64,000 nucleotides of DNA from Candidatus Bathyarchaeota archaeon (GCA_963811105.1 CAWEPZ010000002.1:288001-352000), one strand, 5' to 3'. Positions 19,665-29,472 are shown, numbered from the stretch's first letter. Notes: generated by a model from the sequence alone, not told the origin. Program-made: numbers and translations.

Positions 19665-20765
19665 TTGGCAAGGTTTTTGAAGTACGGCATAACAACTGGC
19701 GCAACTGCGGCAGCAGCGTCTAAAGCCGCCCTAATAGTTCTCCTTGAGAAGCCTGTTGACCGAGTTGTTATTCCTACTCCGATTGGTTTGCGTTTTGAGG
19801 TATCTGTAAAATCCAGCAGAAAACTTTCGGCCGACACCGCAGAAGCTGTGGTTCTAAAAGATGCAGGACAAGACATTGATGCTACGGACAAAATGGAAAT
19901 AACCGCCACGGTGAGACTTACAGACGATGGCAAAGTTACAATTAAAAGCGGCATGGGTATTGGCAGAGTGACAAAGCCAGGGTTGCAAGTGCCCATAGGC
20001 GAGGGAGCAATAAACCCCGTACCTAAGAGCATGATAACAGAAGCCGTAAAAGAGGTTCTGCCTGATGGCAAGGGTCTTGAAATAACAATTACTGCGCCTG
20101 AAGGAGAAAGAATCGCCAAAAAAACCATGAACGCAAAACTGGGCATAGTCGGTGGCGTATCAATTTTAGGCACAACAGGTGTGGTAAAACCATTATCTTT
20201 GGAAGCGTGTAGGCGTTCGTTGGTTCCCCAAATTGACGTTGCCTTAGCCAGGGGATACAAGCGGGTTTTCTTTGTTCCAGGGAACATTGGGGAGCGTATT
20301 GCTATGCAGCAGTTTAACGCGCCCGAAGACGCGATTGTGCAGACAGGCGACTTTGTCGGTTACATGTTTGATAAAGCTGTCGAGAGAGGCGTCAAAGAAA
20401 TTATCCTGCTTGGGCATTCGGGAAAGCTTGTAAAGTTGGCGGCTAACATCTTCAATACGCACCATAAAGTTGGCGATGCCCGAAACGAGGTTATTGCTTC
20501 TTATGCTGGCGCAGTCGGAGCTGACACCAAAACCATCAACGCTTTGCTGGCGGCTAACACTTCTGATGAAGCCTCAGAAATACTCAAAGGGGTAAATCTA
20601 GTTGAAGCCACCTACGATCGAATAGCGTCACGGGTCCACCAGCGGGTTAGCGACCGAGTGGAAAACAAGATTAAGATAACCGTCATAATTGTGTCTATGG
20701 ATGGCAAAGTCCTTGGTATGGACGAAAATGCTAGGTGCGGTAAACCTTGGCTAAAATTAACATAG
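19665..20765 (+). CDS. cbiD: Cobalt-precorrin-5B C1-methyltransferase
   Basis: GITTGA.AAAA, KDAG.D, AINPVP, GIVGGVSILGTTG, GKLVKLAA. Confidence 0.96.
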   Translation: MARFLKYGITTGATAAAASKAALIVLLEKPVDRVVIPTPIGLRFEVSVKSSRKLSADTAEAVVLKDAGQDIDATDKMEITATVRLTDDGKVTIKSGMGIGRVTKPGLQVPIGEGAINPVPKSMITEAVKEVLPDGKGLEITITAPEGERIAKKTMNAKLGIVGGVSILGTTGVVKPLSLEACRRSLVPQIDVALARGYKRVFFVPGNIGERIAMQQFNAPEDAIVQTGDFVGYMFDKAVERGVKEIILLGHSGKLVKLAANIFNTHHKVGDARNEVIASYAGAVGADTKTINALLAANTSDEASEILKGVNLVEATYDRIASRVHQRVSDRVENKIKITVIIVSMDGKVLGMDENARCGKPWLKLT

Positions 20766-21409
20766 TCGGCGTAGGTCCAGGTTCACCTGATTACGTTACG
20801 CCAGCCGCCAAAAAAACAGTAGAAAAAGCCGACATAGTTATCGGGGCACAAAGAAGCCTTGACCTTTTCAAGCAAGACATCCATGGTGAAACACTTGTCT
20901 TGACAGCAAAAAACCTCAGAGACGCCATAAAAACCGCGGCTGAATCCGTAGAAGCAGGAAAAGAAGTGGTTCTTCTATCCACAGGTGACCCTGGATATTC
21001 AGGTTTACTGCATACAGTACAAAAAAGCCAGTTGATTAAGGCAGAGAATATTGAGGTGCTTCCTGGTGTAAGCTCAATCCAAGCTTGCGCCGCAAAACTG
21101 CATATCAGCTGGGACAATGCATGTCTGTTCACTTTTCATGAGGGCAACGTGAATACCCAAGACAAAAACCACTTGCTTTCATGCGTTAAAGAAGGGAAAA
21201 ATGTCATGTTACTTCCAGATGCCCTTGCGTTTCCGCCAAAAGAAATCGCAGGTTTCCTTCTAAACGCTGGAGTAGATGAGAAAACACCGGTTTTTGTCTG
21301 CGAAAACATAACGTTGCCCAACGAGAAGATTACTTCAGACACTTTGGCTCAGGTTTCAAAGCTGGCATTTGTGCCTTTATGCGTAATGGTTATCAAAGCA
21401 AACCGCTAA
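20747..21409 (+). CDS. cbiE: Cobalt-precorrin-7 C5-methyltransferase
   Basis: VGVGPGS, STGDPGYSG, PGVSSIQ; position in operon. Confidence 0.92.
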   Translation: MAKINIVGVGPGSPDYVTPAAKKTVEKADIVIGAQRSLDLFKQDIHGETLVLTAKNLRDAIKTAAESVEAGKEVVLLSTGDPGYSGLLHTVQKSQLIKAENIEVLPGVSSIQACAAKLHISWDNACLFTFHEGNVNTQDKNHLLSCVKEGKNVMLLPDALAFPPKEIAGFLLNAGVDEKTPVFVCENITLPNEKITSDTLAQVSKLAFVPLCVMVIKANR

Positions 21410-21421
21410 GTTAACAGTAAG

Positions 21422-22036
21422 TTGAGTAGAATGGTCAAAAATTGGGCTTACAAGACGTCAGGCATTCCAGATGACCTCTTCAATCAAAGCGATGAAGTTC
21501 CGGGACCGACAAAAGAGGAAATCAGAGTTATAACCATCGCCAAAGCACGCCTGCGCGAAGGAGATGTGGTTGTTGATGTTGGTTGTGGTACAGGAGGCTT
21601 GACGGTTGAGGCGGCGCTTCAAGTTGGACCCAAAGGCAAAGTTTACGCGATAGATGAAGATCCAACAGCGATCAAGTTAACAACCAGTAATGTCGAGAAA
21701 TTCGATGTCCAAGGCAATGTCTCCATTACCCGCGGTAAAGCGCCAGATGCATTACTGAGCCTTCCAATGGTTGATGCCTTCATGATTGGTGGAGGGGGCG
21801 TGTCCTTAAGAGCAATACTGCAAACTGCTTTTTTTAAACTTAAACCCAATGGGCGAGTAGTAACAAACGCCATACTTTTAGAAACCGCAACCGTAGCGAT
21901 AGCTGAACTCAAAGCGCTCGGCTTCAAAGACATAGATATCACACATATTTCAGTGGCAAAGGGAAAACAAATAAACAGCGGCACTATGATGATGGCAAGA
22001 AATCCAATAACAATAGTATCAGCTTCAAAACCTTAG
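21422..22036 (+). CDS. cbiT: Cobalt-precorrin-6B C15-methyltransferase
   Basis: TKEEIR, DVGCGTGG, NAILLET, ARNPI. Confidence 0.94.
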   Translation: MSRMVKNWAYKTSGIPDDLFNQSDEVPGPTKEEIRVITIAKARLREGDVVVDVGCGTGGLTVEAALQVGPKGKVYAIDEDPTAIKLTTSNVEKFDVQGNVSITRGKAPDALLSLPMVDAFMIGGGGVSLRAILQTAFFKLKPNGRVVTNAILLETATVAIAELKALGFKDIDITHISVAKGKQINSGTMMMARNPITIVSASKP

Positions 22037-22047
22037 AGGAAAAATAA

Positions 22048-22789
22048 TTGAAGGGCAGATTTATCGGGCTCGGCGTCGGTCCAGGTGACCCAGAACTAAT
22101 CACAATTAAAGCCATAAAGGCGCTGCAAGCGGCAGATATAGTTTGTATTCCTAAATCTTATGCTCACAAACCAAGTCTTAGCGTTTACAATGATTAAAAG
22201 CATTTTAGACGAACGCAAAATACCGGCGGAGATTCTTGAACTGATTTTTCCCATGACCAAAGATGAGCTTGGCAACAAAGCGCTTTGGGATAAAAACGCA
22301 GGCATTATCGCCCAGAAAGCCGCAAGCGGCAAAGCAATTGCTTTCATCACACTTGGCGACCCCATGTTTTACAGCACATTCATTTACCTTTACCAAACGT
22401 TAAAAGAATCATACCCAAAGCTCCCGCTTGAAATCATCCCCGGCGTCACATCCATGACGGCTTGTGCTGCAAGCGCAAAAATTCCGTTAGCCGAGAAAGA
22501 AGAAGTTATCTCCATAATACCGTCAGACCTTGACCCCAAACTTGTTGAAGAAACCGCTAAGCATGCAGATAACTTGGTTTTCATCAAATGTGCTTATCGA
22601 CTCAAGGAGTTAATTCCCATTGTTGAGAAATCTGGTTTCACCGAAAATAGCACAATCGCTTTAATCAGGCGTTGCACGATGCCAGAGGAAGAAGTTTTAA
22701 TCGGCAAGCTTAGCGATGTGAAAAATTGGAAAATATGTGAAGATTACTTTTCTGTGGCTATAATTAAAAAGCGGGAATTCAGAGAGTAA
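22048..22789 (+). CDS. cbiL: Cobalt-precorrin-2 C20-methyltransferase, +1 frameshift near 22177
   Basis: TTG start: [22 protein letters not shown]...HKPS in one frame, continuing LAFTMIKS...[11 protein letters not shown] in the next. Confidence 0.9.
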
Positions 22790-22793
22790 TGTT

Positions 22794-23558
22794 ATGAATA
22801 AAGTTGTTTTTATCGGGGCAGGTCCAGGCGACCCTGAACTGATCACTCTTAAAGGAAAACGATTTCTTGAACAGGCAGATGTGGTTATTTACGCTGGTTC
22901 ATTGTTAAACCCTGAATACCTAAAATACGCTAAGGAAAGCGCCAAACTTTATGACAGCGCCAAAATGAGCCTCCCTGAAGTCCTAAAAGTTATGGTTGAA
23001 GCTTCTAAAGAGGGTAAAATAGTGGCAAGAGTACATGATGGCGACCCAAGCTTTTACGGAGCTATCCAGGAGCAAATGGACGGTTTAGACAAAGAAAAAA
23101 TCGAGTATTTTCGTGTTCCAGGCGTAAGCTGTCTCCAAGGTGCCGCAGGAGCTTTAAATCGCGAATTAACTCTGCCTAACATTTCACAGACCGTTATTAT
23201 AACTCGCCCTGAGGGCAGAACTCCCGTGCCAGACGCTGAGAGCATACGCAAACTGGCTGCCCACCAAGCAACTATGGTCATATTTTTAGGTACTTCACAC
23301 ATCGCTCGTGTTGTGGATGAGCTTGTGAAAGGTGGTTATCCGAAAGAAACTCCTACATCAGTAGTGTATAAAGCCACGTGGCCTCAGCAAAAAATCGTCC
23401 TGGGTACATTAAACGATATTGTGGCTAAAGCTAAGGCGGAAGGCATAACTGAGACAGCCCTGATTTTTGTGGGAAAAGTAATGAATCCGCAGGCTTATGA
23501 TTTGTCAAAGCTTTATGACCCCAAATTCACGACGGGCTTCCGTAAAGGCGAAGAGTAA
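22794..23558 (+). CDS. cbiF: Cobalt-precorrin-4 C11-methyltransferase
   Basis: [38 protein letters not shown]. Confidence 0.96.
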   Translation: MNKVVFIGAGPGDPELITLKGKRFLEQADVVIYAGSLLNPEYLKYAKESAKLYDSAKMSLPEVLKVMVEASKEGKIVARVHDGDPSFYGAIQEQMDGLDKEKIEYFRVPGVSCLQGAAGALNRELTLPNISQTVIITRPEGRTPVPDAESIRKLAAHQATMVIFLGTSHIARVVDELVKGGYPKETPTSVVYKATWPQQKIVLGTLNDIVAKAKAEGITETALIFVGKVMNPQAYDLSKLYDPKFTTGFRKGEE

Positions 23559-24658
23559 TGTATGCTAAGGGAATTGCTGTTGTTGCAATTACAAGGCGCA
23601 GTGTAGAAACCGCTTTAAAAATCAAGGAAGCACTGGAAAACGCAGGTTTAGCTTGTAACGTTTATGCGCCAAAAAAATACAGTCAAAACGGCGTTGTTCC
23701 GTTAGAAAAAAAATTAGCTGAATTCATCAAAGACACTTACAGTTCGATAGACGCTTTCGTAGGGGTTATGGCAACTGGCATCATTATCCGGGCTGTGGCG
23801 CCATATCTTGAAAGCAAACTGACAGATCCCGCGGTCATAGGGGTTGATGCCACGGGAAAATTTGTTATCAGCCTGTTGGCGGGGCATTATGGCGGGGCAA
23901 ATGACTTAGCTAAATTAATTGCGGAAGGCATTGGAGGCACTGCAGTGATTACAACCGCGTCTGACGTTACAGGAAAGCAGAGTGCTGATGAACTCGCAAG
24001 AACTCTGCATTTAACCATACAGAACCCAGAAAGCCTTATTGGAGTAAACTCCGCTATCGTCAACGGAGACCAAGTGGTCGTAGTTCTAATTGGTGACGTA
24101 AAAATTCCATTGGCTCAGATTAGCTGCTACGAAATTAAGAAGGCACAAAACGCCACGGAAGCCTTAGACATAATTTGCAATTTTGATGCTGGCATAATAA
24201 TTACACCGCAGACTCTGTCACCAGAGTTTTTGCGGATTGATAAGTTTGTTAAATCTTTCACTATATTGAGAACAAAACGTATAGTCGTAGGGTTAGGGGC
24301 AAGAAAAGAGTCAAGCGTAGACAGCATCATGGAAGCAGTAGACACAGCTTTGGAACAGACGCATGTATCTTTAGCCAGTGTCACATGTTTCGCCACGGTT
24401 GACATAAAGCGGGATTCCCCGCAGATGCTCAAAGCTGTGGAACAGTTAGGTAAGCCGCTTGAGTTTTTAAGCGTCAATTCACTTCGTTCTCTAAGTCATA
24501 AGGATCTTTCGCCTGATTCAAAGATGGTTCAGGAAAAAATTGGAGTCGGAGGAGTATGCGAACGAGCAGCACTAATAGCAGCGGGAAAAAATCCGAAGTT
24601 AATACTGAAAAAAACCAAACTAAACGGAGTAACTGTAGCCATAGCCGAGGGCGAATAA
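23558..24658 (+). CDS. cbiG: Cobalt-precorrin-5A hydrolase
   Basis: MATGI..R, K.TDPAV, LAGHYGGAN, VITTASD, GVCERAA. Confidence 0.95.
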   Translation: MYAKGIAVVAITRRSVETALKIKEALENAGLACNVYAPKKYSQNGVVPLEKKLAEFIKDTYSSIDAFVGVMATGIIIRAVAPYLESKLTDPAVIGVDATGKFVISLLAGHYGGANDLAKLIAEGIGGTAVITTASDVTGKQSADELARTLHLTIQNPESLIGVNSAIVNGDQVVVVLIGDVKIPLAQISCYEIKKAQNATEALDIICNFDAGIIITPQTLSPEFLRIDKFVKSFTILRTKRIVVGLGARKESSVDSIMEAVDTALEQTHVSLASVTCFATVDIKRDSPQMLKAVEQLGKPLEFLSVNSLRSLSHKDLSPDSKMVQEKIGVGGVCERAALIAAGKNPKLILKKTKLNGVTVAIAEGE

Positions 24659-25386
24659 GCGTAGTCGGGTTAGGACCTGGCAGCTTAGAGCATTTGACGC
24701 CTAAGGCAAGAAGCGAAATTGAAAACGCTGACGTTATAGTTGGTTATGGCACGTATGTTAAGCTAATTCAATCAATCATCAAGCCTAATGCAGAAGTGTT
24801 TTCTGGAACGATGGGCAAAGAAGTGGAGCGAGCAAAAATCGCGGTTTCAAAAGCCATCGAAAACTACCGCGTCGTGATGGTTAGCAGCGGGGATCCAGGT
24901 GTCTACGGCATGGCAGGCATTGTTTTAGAAGTAGTAGCAAACGAGAAAGCAAATATTCCGGTTGAAATCGTTCCAGGTGTAACAGCTGCAACAGCAGCCG
25001 CGTCAAAGCTAGGAGCGCCACTGGTAAGTGATTTTGCAGTAATTAGCCTCAGCGACTTGTTGACTCCGTGGGAAAAAATTGAGCGCCGCTTGGAAGCGGC
25101 TGCATCTGCAGATTTCTCCATTGTCTTGTATAATCCGCAAAGTCAGGGACGGATTGAACCGTTAGCTAAAGCCTACGAAATCTTGCTCAAGCATATTCTT
25201 CCAGAGACTCCTGTGGGAATTGTAAAGCAAGCGGGGCGAAAAGGCGAAGAAATCATCGTTACAACACTAAAAGAAATGTTAAACGCTGAAATCGATATGG
25301 TAACAACTGTAATTGTAGGCAATTCAGCCACAAAAGTTGTTAACGGAAGAATGGTTACTGCCAGAGGATACGACCTTACAGGTTAG
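24556..25386 (+). CDS. cbiH: Precorrin-3B/cobalt-factor III C17-methyltransferase (start uncertain)
   Basis: VVGLGPG, SSGDPGVYGMAG, DFAVISLSDLLTPW, LYNP, T.RGY; no canonical start near the domain. Confidence 0.93.
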   Translation: MRTSSTNSSGKKSEVNTEKNQTKRSNCSHSRGRISVVGLGPGSLEHLTPKARSEIENADVIVGYGTYVKLIQSIIKPNAEVFSGTMGKEVERAKIAVSKAIENYRVVMVSSGDPGVYGMAGIVLEVVANEKANIPVEIVPGVTAATAAASKLGAPLVSDFAVISLSDLLTPWEKIERRLEAAASADFSIVLYNPQSQGRIEPLAKAYEILLKHILPETPVGIVKQAGRKGEEIIVTTLKEMLNAEIDMVTTVIVGNSATKVVNGRMVTARGYDLTG

Positions 25387-25443
25387 AGTCAATCCTTTGA
25401 AATAAAACTAGCAAATTGAGGTTAGCTGACATCAAAATTTAGA

Positions 25444-26292
25444 TTAGTGCTTGCTGGTCGCTTCTAATAGCTCCAAAATGTCTCTTCTGGCTTCACCTAT
25501 CGTTAATGGAAACTGTTTATCTGTCAAAACCTGATTCCTCTTGTTTAGAATCTCAAATAGATGCGTAATTCTTGGAAGTCTCAGGTCCATGCTTCTTATC
25601 AAGTCTGTTTTTGCAAACACTTCCTGTGGTGGTCCTTGGGTGACAATTTTTCCTTTACAAATTATGCAGATTTCATTGGCAAAGAGAGGCACCAAATCCA
25701 CATCATGCGTCGCAATTATCAGGGTTAAACCGAGTTCCTTGTTAAGGTCTAGGAGCAATTGAAGCACTTTACTGGCTGTTCTTGGATCAAGATTAGCCAT
25801 GGGTTCATCAAGAATAATAACTTCTGGTTTCATTGCCAAAACGCCGGCGATGGCTGCACGTTTTTTCTGTCCTGTGCTCAGGTTTTGCGGCGCTTTGTTC
25901 TCTAAGCCTTGGAGCTCGGTAACTTCTATCGCCCACTTTACTCTCTCTTCTATCTCATTTTGGGGTAAACCTAGGTTGGTTGGACCAAAAGCAATGTCTT
26001 GGCTGACAGTTCGAGCAAATAATTGGTCGTCTGGATCTTGAAAGACTAAGCCTACTTTCTGGCGGATTTCTTCAAGGTTTTTCTTTGTTACTTCTTTGCC
26101 TAGGACCCAGACTTTGCCGCTGCTAGCCATATGCAAACCATTGAAATGATGTAAAAGCGTGGATTTTCCCGCTCCGTTTGGCCCTAAAATCGCAATATTT
26201 TCGCCTTTTTTAACGCTAAAATTAATGTTATCTATCGCTTTTGTTCCGTCCGGGTATGTGTACGACAGATTGATCGTCTCTATTGCGTTCAC
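25444..26292 (-). CDS. cbiO: ECF transporter ATPase
   Basis: GPNGAGKST, FQDPDDQLF, LSTGQKKR, LDEP. Confidence 0.94.
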   Translation of the reverse strand: MNAIETINLSYTYPDGTKAIDNINFSVKKGENIAILGPNGAGKSTLLHHFNGLHMASSGKVWVLGKEVTKKNLEEIRQKVGLVFQDPDDQLFARTVSQDIAFGPTNLGLPQNEIEERVKWAIEVTELQGLENKAPQNLSTGQKKRAAIAGVLAMKPEVIILDEPMANLDPRTASKVLQLLLDLNKELGLTLIIATHDVDLVPLFANEICIICKGKIVTQGPPQEVFAKTDLIRSMDLRLPRITHLFEILNKRNQVLTDKQFPLTIGEARRDILELLEATSKH

Positions 26293-26306
26293 TTTGTTTG
26301 TCTCCT

Positions 26307-27089
26307 TTATTTTAGTATGAACAGGTCAATTATTACCAGGGCTAACATAGCTGAAACTACTATTACAGCTACAACTGTGTCCTTTTTCGGAATCTTTTGT
26401 ACAACGTAAGTAAAAAGGTTGGATGTTCCCGTGTAACCACGTGAAATCATAGCGTCGCCTACTTGGAGGGCTCTGTCGAATGACCTTGCCATGAGCATTC
26501 CTGCCATGGTGCCAAAATTGAAGAGTTTCTTAGTTACACTTACATTTTTTGAATATCCAAGTCTTGACTCCTGTGCTTTACGTATTCGTGCGCTCTCATC
26601 TGAAATTAGTGAGATGTATCTGAACATGAGCATCATTGTATCAACAATAACTGAGGGAATTTTAAACCATCTTAAGGAGTCAAGAATTCTTTCCATTGGT
26701 GTCAGCAAAATTAAAAGATTTAAAGTGGCGACAGCGGCAAGGCATCGGGTGAAAATTAAAAGTGCAAAATTAATGCCTGCTTGATAAATGGGCAAATTCA
26801 AAACGGGCACAACGGCAACAACAGCTGAAACATTTGTGAAGGGCTGTATGATAGCAACGAAAATTATTATGTACAGTGGGTAAATCAATCGCTTGAAATA
26901 GCTTTTCCAGTTTGAACGTGAGTAAAAGACAAGAGCAATGCAGATTCCGAGAATAATCAGCGGCAGCTCCCAATGCAATAGAAAGACTACGCCGAAAATC
27001 ACTGCGAAAGCACAGATTACTTTTATTCTTGCATCTATGCGATGCAGTGCTGAATTGCCTTCGACGGTTTCATAAAAGCTAAAAGTCAT
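26307..27089 (-). CDS. cbiQ: Cobalt ECF transporter T component
   Basis: LHRIDAR.K, FRY, AQESR.G, AMISRGY. Confidence 0.92.
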   Translation of the reverse strand: MTFSFYETVEGNSALHRIDARIKVICAFAVIFGVVFLLHWELPLIILGICIALVFYSRSNWKSYFKRLIYPLYIIIFVAIIQPFTNVSAVVAVVPVLNLPIYQAGINFALLIFTRCLAAVATLNLLILLTPMERILDSLRWFKIPSVIVDTMMLMFRYISLISDESARIRKAQESRLGYSKNVSVTKKLFNFGTMAGMLMARSFDRALQVGDAMISRGYTGTSNLFTYVVQKIPKKDTVVAVIVVSAMLALVIIDLFILK

Positions 27090-27769
27090 GGCTTATTGTG
27101 CCACCATTCTAGTATTTCCGGTTTATGAGTAACTACGTAATGGATCGCAATCGCTGAGAATACACCTTCAATTACTGCTATAGGAATTTGAATCAATGAA
27201 AACTCCGCCAAAAATAACGTAAAGTATGGCAGTAAAAAGTTCGGGCTTTGATGAAGAGTATAACTTTGATTGAGCGCTAACTGAAAAGTTGAAGTTACAT
27301 ATGTTAATACGTCGCCAACAAAACCCGCAATCCCTGCAGAAACCCAAAATGAAGCACCGACTTTTCTTGCAAGCCAGTAAGCGATATATCCACCAAAACT
27401 ACCCACTACACCCATTGACACAGCGTTAGCACCAAGGGATGTTAATCCTCCATGTCCAAGGAAAACTTGAAAAAACAATGCTGCTACCGAGACAACTACT
27501 GTTGCAAATGGGCCTATAATTATTGAGGCTAAACCTGTGCCAGTTGCATGGGCAGTTATGCCCGCTCCCGCTATTGTCGCTGGTACTGGAATGGTCCATA
27601 ATGAAACAATGAACACTGCCGCGCCCATTAATGCTAAAATGGAAATTACTGAGGGATTTGCTCGCCTTTTCTTGACGATAACGTGCCCCCCGAGTGCAAT
27701 GAACAATACGGCAATTATGTACCACATTATGATCATGGGGCCGGTGAGCATGCCGTCTGGAATGTTCAT
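27086..27769 (-). CDS. cbiM: CbiM/NikM-family S component, variant with Asn at position 2
   Basis: MNIPDG N-terminus, AH.TG, GHGGLTSLGAN, QIPIAVIEG. Confidence 0.9.
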   Translation of the reverse strand: MNIPDGMLTGPMIIMWYIIAVLFIALGGHVIVKKRRANPSVISILALMGAAVFIVSLWTIPVPATIAGAGITAHATGTGLASIIIGPFATVVVSVAALFFQVFLGHGGLTSLGANAVSMGVVGSFGGYIAYWLARKVGASFWVSAGIAGFVGDVLTYVTSTFQLALNQSYTLHQSPNFLLPYFTLFLAEFSLIQIPIAVIEGVFSAIAIHYVVTHKPEILEWWHNKP

Positions 27770-27810
27770 GTTTTTCCCTCTTCACTTTGGGATAAATTCC
27801 TTGCTGAAGC

Positions 27811-27850
27811 TTTATAAACCTTCGTTTAAGTAAAGTTAAACTCAAGTTGA
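27811..27850 (-). promoter_or_regulatory. cbiMQO promoter: three phased palindromes plus BRE/TATA
   Basis: Minus strand TCAACTTGAGTTTAACTTTACTTAAACGAAGGTTTATAAA; 33/40 identical to 28747-28786. Confidence 0.8.
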
Positions 27851-27851
27851 A

Positions 27852-28697
27852 TTGAAAGTGAACAAGAAACCGCAACCCCCATACATTCTACTAAGAGACA
27901 AAGGCGAATTCACTAAGTTCCAAATCCTATTGGAAGTGATGCGTAACCAACCCCACGTCAAACAAAAAGACATAAGCGACAAATTAGGCATAACCATCCA
28001 AGCCATATCAAAATATTTCAAGGAACTCACAAAAGAGAGCTTGCTTGAAGTAGGTTCTGAACGTGTAGACTACCGTTTGACATCTAAAGGAGTCATTAAA
28101 CTGCGTGAAGGCGTGCGAAACCTCGCAAACTACGTTACTGAAGTTAAGCGTGACCTAAAAATTGAGCATGCATGGCCAGCCATTGCAACCGAGCTGGTGA
28201 AGGCAGGGCAAGAGGTTGGCTTAGTTCTTAAAGAAGGCGTCATGTACACGGTAGCGGTAAATGACGAAACCTTAGAAGCAAAAGGCGTCGCATTAGCCGA
28301 CGCCAAAGCTGGGGAAGATGTAGGTTTGAAAGAACTACATGGCAAACTCAAGATGAAACGGGGAAAAATCCTGATTGTTAAGTTGCCCAGCATACGCAAA
28401 GGCGGTTCACGTGGGGTGGACTTAGCAAAGGTTAAGGCGTTTTATGATGAGTTTAAGACTGACAGAGTCGGCGTTATGGGGGCTGTTGGCAGGTCGGTTT
28501 TGAATAAGCTTGATCTCAAAGCTGATATTGAATTTGGAATCAGCCGCTCAGCTGCCATTGCTGCTTCAAGAGGCTTAAATGTTTTTGTTCTCGTAGTTGG
28601 CAGAATGGTTAACCGTATGATTCAGGAAATTGACCAAATAAATCTCAGAAGCAACTCGGATGTTATTTATGAAGTGAAAGATGCCCGCCTTTCTTAA
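27852..28697 (+). CDS. Archaeal wHTH transcriptional regulator with uncharacterised C-terminal domain (COG1497-like)
   Basis: TKFQILLE...QKDISDKLGITIQAISKY, YRLT.KG; C-terminal PSIRKGGSR, AIAASRGL. Confidence 0.85.
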   Translation: MKVNKKPQPPYILLRDKGEFTKFQILLEVMRNQPHVKQKDISDKLGITIQAISKYFKELTKESLLEVGSERVDYRLTSKGVIKLREGVRNLANYVTEVKRDLKIEHAWPAIATELVKAGQEVGLVLKEGVMYTVAVNDETLEAKGVALADAKAGEDVGLKELHGKLKMKRGKILIVKLPSIRKGGSRGVDLAKVKAFYDEFKTDRVGVMGAVGRSVLNKLDLKADIEFGISRSAAIAASRGLNVFVLVVGRMVNRMIQEIDQINLRSNSDVIYEVKDARLS

Positions 28698-28746
28698 GTT
28701 ATTTTGATTTTTTGTTTTGTGGCTTTATTTGTTCATCTTTTGTTAC

Positions 28747-28786
28747 TCAACCGCAGATTAACTTTAGTTAAACGAAAGTTTATTAA
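28747..28786 (+). promoter_or_regulatory. cbiMN promoter: three phased palindromes plus BRE/TATA
   Basis: TCAACCGCAGATTAACTTTAGTTAAACGAAAGTTTATTAA, ending 39 nt before the ATG. Confidence 0.8.
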
Positions 28787-28824
28787 TATTCGCTCATAGC
28801 TATCGGCTAAAAGAGAGGAATAAA

Positions 28825-29472
28825 ATGCACATCTCAGATGGAATACTCTCACCACAATGGTGCATCTTTTGGTACGCGCTAGCAGCAGCATTCGTAGTTG
28901 TAGGCATTATCCAAATATCACGGAGACGCAAAGAAAACCCAGTCTACCAATCAATGATAGCCTTAATGGGCGCCGCAGTGTTCGTTATCTCTGTCTGGCA
29001 CATACCCGTACCAGTAGCCGGGTCAAGTTCACATCCAACTGGCACTCCGATGGCGGCAATGATCTTGGGACCGTTCCCAACAGTTGTGATATCAGTCATC
29101 GCCTTGTTTTTCCAAGTGTTTTTAGGACATGGAGGATTAACTACTCTTGGTGCAAACTTGATGTCAATGGGCATCATGGGCGCTTTCATTGGTTACTTCA
29201 CTTTCCGGGTAGCCAAAAAGGCAGGTGCTTCAATTTGGTTATCTGCTGGCTTAGGGGGTTTGGTTGGAGATTTGGTCACCTATGCAATGGCTGCATTGGA
29301 AATAGCATTGTCTGTTAACCCTTCTAACGTTATACATTATTGGGGGCTGTATACACTAGAGTTCATGCCGACCCAAATTCCGTTAGCAATCTTGGAGTTC
29401 GCTTTCACGGCAGCAACCATTCAGTATATAGCTAATCACAGACCAGAAATGTTGAAGTGGTGGATGAAATAA
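28825..29472 (+). CDS. cbiM: Cobalt ECF S component (canonical MHI N-terminus)
   Basis: MHISDG, GSSSHPTG, GHGGLTTLGAN, TQIPLAI.E. Confidence 0.95.
   Translation: MHISDGILSPQWCIFWYALAAAFVVVGIIQISRRRKENPVYQSMIALMGAAVFVISVWHIPVPVAGSSSHPTGTPMAAMILGPFPTVVISVIALFFQVFLGHGGLTTLGANLMSMGIMGAFIGYFTFRVAKKAGASIWLSAGLGGLVGDLVTYAMAALEIALSVNPSNVIHYWGLYTLEFMPTQIPLAILEFAFTAATIQYIANHRPEMLKWWMK

Noticed and set aside
28698-28824. Cobalamin riboswitch upstream of cbiM
   Set aside because: Short AT-rich leader with no B12-box
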